4,112 nt of DNA, taken from Escherichia coli (GTDB lineage Bacteria; Pseudomonadota; Gammaproteobacteria; Enterobacterales; Enterobacteriaceae). A program made the position numbers and the translations under genes. Below the pieces are notes generated by a model, which had not been told where the DNA came from, did no database searches, and saw only the letters and a program-made list of their open reading frames with translations. Positions 1 to 3,940 of this stretch are shown one piece after another (positions within the stretch are counted from its first letter, which is position 1; every line of letters starts with the position of its first letter). The stretch lies in assembly GCF_036507355.1 (NCBI RefSeq), contig NZ_AP027884.1; one strand, given 5' to 3'.

Positions 1-104
1 TAATGAGAGCAGAGATAGCGCTGATGTCCGGCAGTGCTTTTGCCGTTACGCACCACGCCTTCAGTAGCGTAGCAGGAAGGACATCTGATGGAAATGGAAG
101 CCAC
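1..104 (-). CDS. insA: IS1 InsA, 5' portion (GTG start at 104; frame runs off the window start and resumes at 4112)
   Basis: Reverse-strand translation [34 protein letters not shown] matches the InsA N-terminus (MASVSISCPSCSATDGVV...) including the CxxC zinc-finger cysteines. Confidence 0.85.
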   Translation of the reverse strand, partial: MASISIRCPSCYATEGVVRNGKSTAGHQRYLCSH

Positions 105-136
105 GCAAGCACCTTAAAATCACCATTATACACTAA

Positions 137-159
137 ATCAGCAAGTTGGCAGCATTACC
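137..159. repeat. IS1 terminal inverted repeat (IRL)
   Basis: Reverse complement begins GGTAATGCTGCCAACTT, the canonical IS1 terminus. Confidence 0.85.
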
Positions 160-294
160 CGCGAGGTGACCAATCGGGTTCCTCATGGGAATAAAAACTG
201 CTGCAGTTGGCCCAGTGCCACGGAGAATCAGTTAGGCAATGGAAGGGTAATAAATAGAACTGACTGCCCTTATTCACTTGAGGTTTATCGGGAG

Positions 295-317
295 GCCCGC
301 TATTAGCGGGCTTTTCT
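295..317 (+). terminator. Putative rho-independent terminator (GCCCGC-tatta-GCGGGC followed by TTTTCT)
   Basis: 6-bp GC-rich perfect stem, 5-nt loop, T-rich tail on the plus strand; lies between the IS1 end and the 3' end of the convergent Wzz-like gene. Confidence 0.5.
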
Positions 318-369
318 GCATCTGGCGTGTAACGGATGTTGCTAGAATACGGTTATTAATCGTTACAGG

Positions 370-1038
370 CTAATAAAAAGACCTGTTTAACTTATTTTTA
401 TATTCAAGTATAGATCTTTTTATTATATGATACGAGGAGGAAAAGATAACGGCTATAATTAACGTTAGAGCCATAATTAAAGCTGGTTTATACTTTTTAT
501 TCACTATTTCATTATTTATTGAAATGAAGTTTTTTTCTCCGGTGGTGTTTATTTTTGTTAATAATGCAACTTTTGCATATGTTTCAGTGCCATTTATATA
601 GTTGCTGTCCTGGTTGTTAACTATGCTTTTATAAGTTTTATAATCTTGGATGTACCAGTCATCAATAGCTTTATGGATAGCGTTTACTTCAGCGGTAATC
701 AGTGGTTTGTAACGGTCATCACCAGCCCATGACAGGATTATTTTTTTTCCTTTTTCATCTATATTTGATGTTATAGACTTGCTTTTATTGTTTATAATTG
801 ATTGTATGATATTCGCTTTACAATAAAAGTCAGACCCACAGTTAATAATCATACTTGGTGAATTAGCGATCATATTTAATTCGTACTTTATATTTATTTT
901 GTTTTTGTTTATCAGTAAGAAAATAGATGACAAAATCAATGAGAAAACAACAAACAAAATAATACTCACGATTTTTTTCTTAAGAAAGAGAAATAACTCG
1001 ATGAAATCAATATCAGGTGAATTGTTTTCCATTTTCAT
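370..1038 (-). CDS. Short Wzz/Cld-like polysaccharide co-polymerase family protein (222 aa, bitopic membrane protein: N-terminal TM, about 140-aa periplasmic domain, C-terminal TM)
   Basis: A 669-nt ORF in roughly 25% GC DNA, where stop codons are frequent, is very unlikely by chance. The N-terminus MKMENNSPDIDFIELFLFLKKKIVSIILFVV parallels the Wzz motif M..ENN...IDLI(D/E)LL.QLW.GK..II followed by a TM helix. The C-terminus KPALIMALTLIIAVIF plus short basic tail parallels the Wzz C-terminal P-rich/TM segment. Hydrophobic stretches at about residues 23-43 and 186-206. Confidence 0.55.
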   Translation of the reverse strand: MKMENNSPDIDFIELFLFLKKKIVSIILFVVFSLILSSIFLLINKNKINIKYELNMIANSPSMIINCGSDFYCKANIIQSIINNKSKSITSNIDEKGKKIILSWAGDDRYKPLITAEVNAIHKAIDDWYIQDYKTYKSIVNNQDSNYINGTETYAKVALLTKINTTGEKNFISINNEIVNKKYKPALIMALTLIIAVIFSSSYHIIKRSILEYKNKLNRSFY

Positions 1039-1130
1039 ATACCAACAATAGTTATTAAATTATAGCTTAAATAAATAAATAAAATTAAAATAGCCGTGAT
1101 GAATATTTTCGCTGATTTAGTATATTTCAT
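1035..1130 (-). CDS. 31-aa hydrophobic micro-protein (MKYTKSAKIFITAILILFIYLSYNLITIVGI), predicted single TM; stop overlaps the Wzz-like start (ATGA)
   Basis: Hand translation of the minus strand: ATG at complement of 1128..1130; TGA stop shares 2 nt with the ATG of the 370..1038 ORF, the arrangement typical of translational coupling. Below the ORF-track size cutoff. Confidence 0.45.
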   Translation of the reverse strand: MKYTKSAKIFITAILILFIYLSYNLITIVGI

Positions 1131-1282
1131 TTTAAAATCCAATCAAATAAAAACATTTTACCTATTATTTAGGTGTGAGAAAACTCCTAAAATCAATTTT
1201 TTTTTGTTTGTTTTTTGTTCGGTTATGTCTATGGAGAGAGTTGTTATCAGCCTGTATCCTTTCCACATATTTTAAGATCTTC

Positions 1283-1311
1283 TTGAGATCCTTGTGTTAC
1301 AGCCGTAATCT
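1283..1311 (+). promoter_or_regulatory. ColE1-type RNA II (primer) promoter: -35 TTGAGA (1283..1288), 17-bp spacer, -10 TAATCT (1306..1311)
   Basis: Position and sequence correspond to the pMB1/ColE1 RNA II promoter (ttcttgagatcc...gcgtaatct). Confidence 0.75.
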
Positions 1312-1318
1312 CTTGGTC

Positions 1319-1426
1319 TGAAAACGAAAAAACCACCCGGCAAGGTGGTTTTTCGAAGGTTCATTAAACCGGCAAGTTTATGAACCGTGGTAACAGGGTG
1401 TACAAGACCGCTGCCACCAAAATCGT
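1319..1426 (-). ncRNA. RNAI: RNA I antisense copy-number control RNA (about 108 nt)
   Basis: Complementary to the 5' region of RNA II. The 5' end is placed by alignment to the pMB1 RNA I start (ACAGUAUUUGG, here ACGAUUUUGG). The 3' stem-loop ACCACC-loop-GGTGG plus U-tract lies at 1325..1350. Confidence 0.8.
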
Positions 1427-1860
1427 CCTTCTAGTTTAGCCGCAGTCTGGCTCTAACTTCAAGAACTCTGCATCAGTAATCTCTTGTACACCCTCTACCA
1501 ATGGCTACCGCCAATGGCGATTTGTCGTGCCTTTTCGGGTTGGACTCAAGACGATAGTTACCGAAAAGAGCGTGGTAGTCGGACTGAACGGGGGGTTCGT
1601 GCATACAGTCCAGCTTGGAGCGAACTGCCTACCCGGAACTGAGTGTCAGGCGTGGAATGAGACAAACGCGGCCATAACAGCGGAATGACACCGGTAAACC
1701 GAAAGGCAGGAACAGGAGAGCGCACGAGGGAGCCACCAGGGGGAAACGCCTGGTATCTTTATAGTCCTGTCGGGTTTCGCCACCACTGATTTGAGCGTCA
1801 GATTTCGTGATGCTTGTCAGGGGGGCGGAGCCTATGGAAAAACGGCAAGCCCGCATCCTT
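1320..1860 (+). ncRNA. RNAII: RNA II pre-primer of a ColE1-type origin (approximate ends; RNA/DNA switch estimated near 1845..1865)
   Basis: Extended similarity to the pMB1/ColE1 ori, e.g. ggactcaagacgatagttaccg, ctgaacggggggttcgtgca, cagcttggagcgaac, ggaacaggagagcgcacgagggagc, cagggggaaacgcctggtatctttatagtcctgtcgggtttcgccac, caggggggcggagcctatggaaaaacg. Confidence 0.85.
1433..1462 (-). promoter_or_regulatory. RNA I promoter: -35 TTGAAG (complement of 1457..1462), -10 CTAAACT (complement of 1433..1439)
   Basis: Same layout as the pMB1 RNA I promoter (TTGAAG ... 17 bp ... CTACACT). Confidence 0.7.
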
Positions 1861-2062
1861 TTTCCGGCCTTTCTTGACCTCCGCTCCATCTCGTTACCTC
1901 GTCATTCGTGAGCCGGTACCGCTCGCCGCAGCCGAACGACCGAGCGTAGCGAGTCAGTGAGCGAGGAAGCGGAATATCTCTTGTATTGCATCTTCTGCTG
2001 ACGCGCCGGTGCCTCCTTTTTCTCCTGCCACATGAAGCACTTTCATAAAGTGTTACTCCACC

Positions 2063-2130
2063 GTAGCATATTGAGCCCATATACACTCCGCTAGCGCAAC
2101 GTGACTGGTTCAGGGCTGCGCCCCGAAACC
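2063..2130. other. ColE1/pMB1-type bom/oriT-like (nic region) sequence
   Basis: catatacactccgctagcgcaacgtgactggttcagggctgcgccccga parallels the pBR322 bom region ccagtatacactccgctatcgctacgtgactgggtcatggctgcgccccga, which lies between ori and rop in pMB1 derivatives. Confidence 0.6.
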
Positions 2131-2164
2131 CTCTAACAACCTCTCAGCTACTGGATATCACCCC

Positions 2165-2314
2165 ATGCCATCTGAATATGATGAACAACTGGATTCGACT
2201 GATACGCAGCTTCCCGGCGAATATGACCTTTTTGATTTAATGGCGCAGGTTACTGAAGAGAACCTGCACGCCCCGGTGGATTTTGGGCCGCCTGTCGGCC
2301 GTGAAGTGTTATAG
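2165..2314 (+). CDS. Hypothetical small acidic protein, 49 aa (MPSEYDEQLDSTDTQLPGEYDLFDLMAQVTEENLHAPVDFGPPVGREVL)
   Basis: Hand-translated ORF immediately downstream of the bom-like segment; no clear Shine-Dalgarno; no recognised family. Could be a chance ORF. Confidence 0.25.
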   Translation: MPSEYDEQLDSTDTQLPGEYDLFDLMAQVTEENLHAPVDFGPPVGREVL

Positions 2315-2338
2315 CTTTTTCGCTTATCCGCGTACGTG

Positions 2339-2413
2339 GTAATACGCCGGTATTACATCTTATTTCTTTATTTTCATGTAATTACAGGTGGTTGTAATAC
2401 GTTGCGTATTACA
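2339..2413. promoter_or_regulatory. Cluster of three palindromic operator-like sites sharing a GTAATAC/TGTAAT half-site
   Basis: GTAATAC-gccg-GTATTAC (2339..2356); TGTAATTACA (2377..2386); TGTAATACG-ttg-CGTATTACA (2393..2413). All arms are perfect. Confidence 0.5.
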
Positions 2414-2580
2414 TAAATAAACGGGGACTTCAGTTTTTACCTTTTAATTCATGCAATTGCGATGAAAATCGCGGTTGCGTATGGTGTATGACCATTTAAG
2501 GGATAATGTAACCTGACTTTTAAAGAATGAATCTATCTTTGGTAGCGCATGAGATCGATAAAAAGCGTTCCACATCAGGC

Positions 2581-2600
2581 GGTTCATGGATACATGAACC
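2581..2600. promoter_or_regulatory. Perfect palindrome GGTTCATG-gata-CATGAACC
   Basis: 8-bp perfect inverted arms with 4-bp spacer, immediately upstream of the phased direct-repeat array. Confidence 0.45.
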
Positions 2601-2603
2601 GGA

Positions 2604-2684
2604 AAGGACAAAAATAAGACAATTGTAGGACATTTTTTGCGTTTTACTCTTATTTTTGGACTATTATGAGACAAATGTAAGACA
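2604..2684 (+). repeat. Iteron/operator-like array: two sets of three 7-bp direct repeats (consensus T-R-R-GACA) at exact 11-bp spacing, separated by a 30-bp gap
   Basis: AAGGACA 2604, TAAGACA 2615, TAGGACA 2626; TTGGACT 2656, TGAGACA 2667, TAAGACA 2678. Spacing of about one helical turn; the array ends 14 bp before the ATG at 2698. Confidence 0.6.
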
Positions 2685-2697
2685 TTATGGGCGGTAT

Positions 2698-3066
2698 ATG
2701 GCGAATTTTAACCCTGGTCCAAGAACAGCCATTGCAGCTGTCAGGGATTCCAAGAACGATATAGAAACCTGGAAGAAAAATGGTATCCGTAGGGAAGAGA
2801 TTGTGACTGTACTGAATAAACGTTACGGCCTGAATATCTCACTGGTTGCGTTTGATAAGGCTCTTTACAGATTGAGAAAAAGTACAGATGAACCGTCTCT
2901 TGCTGATGTGGATTCTGTGTCTGCTGCAGAAACGAATTTCTCTGAAGCCAGTGGGCCTGAAAATGGTTTTTTTCTGTCCGGGAATGACTTCATGCGAGCA
3001 GAAGAAGAATCTCAAAGAATGGTTGAGTCATTCAGAGATAGCCTTGGCAGGAAGAAAGGATTCTGA
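2698..3066 (+). CDS. Hypothetical protein, 122 aa from ATG 2698 (ORF track extends to a TTG at 2656); basic N-terminal half, acidic C-terminal tail; possible DNA-binding protein
   Basis: Open frame of 120+ codons directly downstream of the phased repeats; N-terminal segment NGIRREEIVTVLNKRYGLNISLVAFDKALYRLRK is HTH-like by eye; no family recognised with confidence. Confidence 0.5.
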   Translation: MANFNPGPRTAIAAVRDSKNDIETWKKNGIRREEIVTVLNKRYGLNISLVAFDKALYRLRKSTDEPSLADVDSVSAAETNFSEASGPENGFFLSGNDFMRAEEESQRMVESFRDSLGRKKGF

Positions 3067-3272
3067 TTTTGAATTCTAAGTAGTGAAATAGTGGATCCTC
3101 TACTCGAAATTGTCGGATACCTGCAATTACCTACCGTGCCTTACGGCTTGGTCAATGCCTCACGGCCACGCAATAAATTGCGTCCCCGTTCACCGTTTTC
3201 GGATAAGAAGAACATCGGAAACAGGACTTACCCCGGCTGAATGGCGTGAATTTCCGCGCTATGCACTTGCGC

Positions 3273-3284
3273 GCATACTCATGC
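3273..3284. promoter_or_regulatory. Candidate ArgR-box-like palindrome (GCAT-actc-ATGC) in the Xer accessory region
   Basis: Palindrome centred about 109 bp upstream of the XerC arm, where cer-type sites carry an ArgR site; sequence only loosely resembles the ARG box consensus. Confidence 0.3.
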
Positions 3285-3386
3285 ATGCCGTAAAAACAGA
3301 GCCTGCGCGTTTCTGGCGGGTTTTCGGGTGGTTTGTTGCCTGTTTTACCGGTTTCCCGTCAGAAACGCCCTCAGCGCCTCTCAGGC

Positions 3387-3414
3387 GGTGCACGCAACGG
3401 ATGTTATGGTAAAT
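3387..3414 (+). other. Xer site-specific recombination site (cer/psi-like multimer resolution site): XerC arm GGTGCACGCAA, 6-bp central CGGATG, XerD arm TTATGGTAAAT
   Basis: XerD arm is identical to the cer XerD arm; XerC arm differs from psi (GGTGCGCGCAA) at one position; 11+6+11 layout. About 200 bp of potential accessory sequence lies upstream. Confidence 0.6.
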
Positions 3415-3432
3415 CCAGCTGATTGGCAGGTA

Positions 3433-3458
3433 CAAAAAAGCCCCGCAGGGCTTTTTTG
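3433..3458. terminator. Bidirectional rho-independent terminator (AAAAAA-GCCC-cgca-GGGC-TTTTTT)
   Basis: Stem flanked by an A-run upstream and a T-run downstream, between the Xer site and the IS1 right end. Confidence 0.6.
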
Positions 3459-3503
3459 CTATGAGTTAGCCATATTTTCGTGCGAATTTTTCATCGGAAT
3501 CGC

Positions 3504-3526
3504 GGTGATGACTCCAACTTACTGAT
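3504..3526. repeat. IS1 terminal inverted repeat (IRR)
   Basis: GGTGATGACTCCAACTTACTGAT, the canonical IS1 terminus. Confidence 0.85.
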
Positions 3527-3914
3527 AGTGTTTTATGTTCAGATAATGCCCGATGACTTTGTCATGCAGCTCCACCGATTTTGAAAACGACAGTGACTTC
3601 CGTCCCAGCCTTGCCAGATGTTGCCTCAGATTCAGGTTATGCCGCTCAATGCGCTGCGTATATCGCTTGCTGATAACGTGCAGTTCTCCCTTCAGGCGTG
3701 ATTCATAAAGCGGCCAGCCATCCGTCATCCATACCACGACCTCAAAGTCCGACAGCAGGCTCAGAAGACGCTCCAGTGTGGCCAGAGTGCGTTCACCGAA
3801 TACGTGCGCCACAACCGTCCTCCGAATCCTGTCATACGCGTAAAACAACCAGCGCTGGCGTGATTTAGCGCCGACGTAACCCCGCTGTTCGTCCATTTCA
3901 GCGCAGACAATCAC
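3519..3914 (-). CDS. insB: IS1 InsB (shown from first in-frame ATG; in IS1 the transposase is the InsAB' fusion made by -1 frameshift at the A6C motif, here complement of about 3959..3967)
   Basis: ORF-track protein [28 protein letters not shown]...HYLNIKHYQ matches IS1 InsB; the TTAAAAAAC slippery motif is present on the minus strand just upstream. Confidence 0.9.
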   Translation of the reverse strand: MIVCAEMDEQRGYVGAKSRQRWLFYAYDRIRRTVVAHVFGERTLATLERLLSLLSDFEVVVWMTDGWPLYESRLKGELHVISKRYTQRIERHNLNLRQHLARLGRKSLSFSKSVELHDKVIGHYLNIKHYQ

Positions 3915-3940
3915 ATCACCGCCCGGTTGTATGCGCTAGG

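Larger units (their letters stand above)
1..159 (-). mobile_element. IS1 insertion sequence, left-end segment (IRL plus 5' part of insA); continues at 3504..4112 if the molecule is circular
   Basis: Reverse complement of 131..159 is GGTAATGCTGCCAACTTGCTGATTTAGTG, matching the IS1 left inverted repeat with 2 differences; the downstream reading frame gives an InsA-like N-terminus. 159 bp here plus 609 bp at the other end equals 768 bp, the IS1 length. Confidence 0.93.
1283..1990 (+). other. ColE1/pMB1-family origin of replication region, including the conserved downstream segment ccgctcgccgcagccgaacgaccgagcg.agcgagtcagtgagcgaggaagcgga
   Basis: Near-identity blocks to recalled pBR322 ori sequence throughout the region. 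Confidence 0.9.

Noticed and set aside
3-194. Plus-strand ORF 3..194 (63 aa)
   Set aside because: Antisense to IS1 insA and crossing the IS1 terminal repeat; not a recognised IS1 product.
1629-2086. Two minus-strand ORFs from the track (1629..1889, 86 aa; 1832..2086, 84 aa)
   Set aside because: They lie entirely within the conserved ColE1-type origin / RNA II region and read antisense to it; Arg/Cys/Gly-rich, low-complexity translations typical of chance ORFs in GC-rich non-coding DNA.
2140-2340. Expected rop/rom gene downstream of the bom-like segment
   Set aside because: Neither strand contains an ORF resembling Rop (63 aa, MTKQEKTALNMARF...); the minus strand there has no suitable start codon.
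2485-2514. Possible cer-like Xer core around TTAAGGGA (2496..2503)
   Set aside because: The central TTAAGGGA resembles the cer spacer, but the flanking 11-bp arms match the XerC/XerD consensus at only about half the positions in either orientation; the site at 3387..3414 is far better.
2444-2674. Minus-strand ORF 2444..2674 (76 aa)
   Set aside because: Overlaps the palindrome and phased direct-repeat array antisense; odd composition, no upstream signals; likely spurious.
2888-3079. Plus-strand ORF 2888..3079 (63 aa)
   Set aside because: Lies in an alternative frame wholly within the longer 2698..3066 ORF; the longer frame is the better candidate.
3071-3099. EcoRI (GAATTC) and BamHI (GGATCC) sites 17 bp apart, suggesting a cloning-vector polylinker
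   Set aside because: No other vector hallmarks (no bla, lacZ alpha, or multiple cloning array); isolated 6-bp sites occur by chance in natural plasmids.
3110-3525. Plus-strand ORFs 3110..3412 (100 aa, TTG start) and 3328..3525 (65 aa)
   Set aside because: They run through the Xer site, its accessory region, a strong bidirectional terminator hairpin and into the IS1 inverted repeat; more parsimoniously non-coding.
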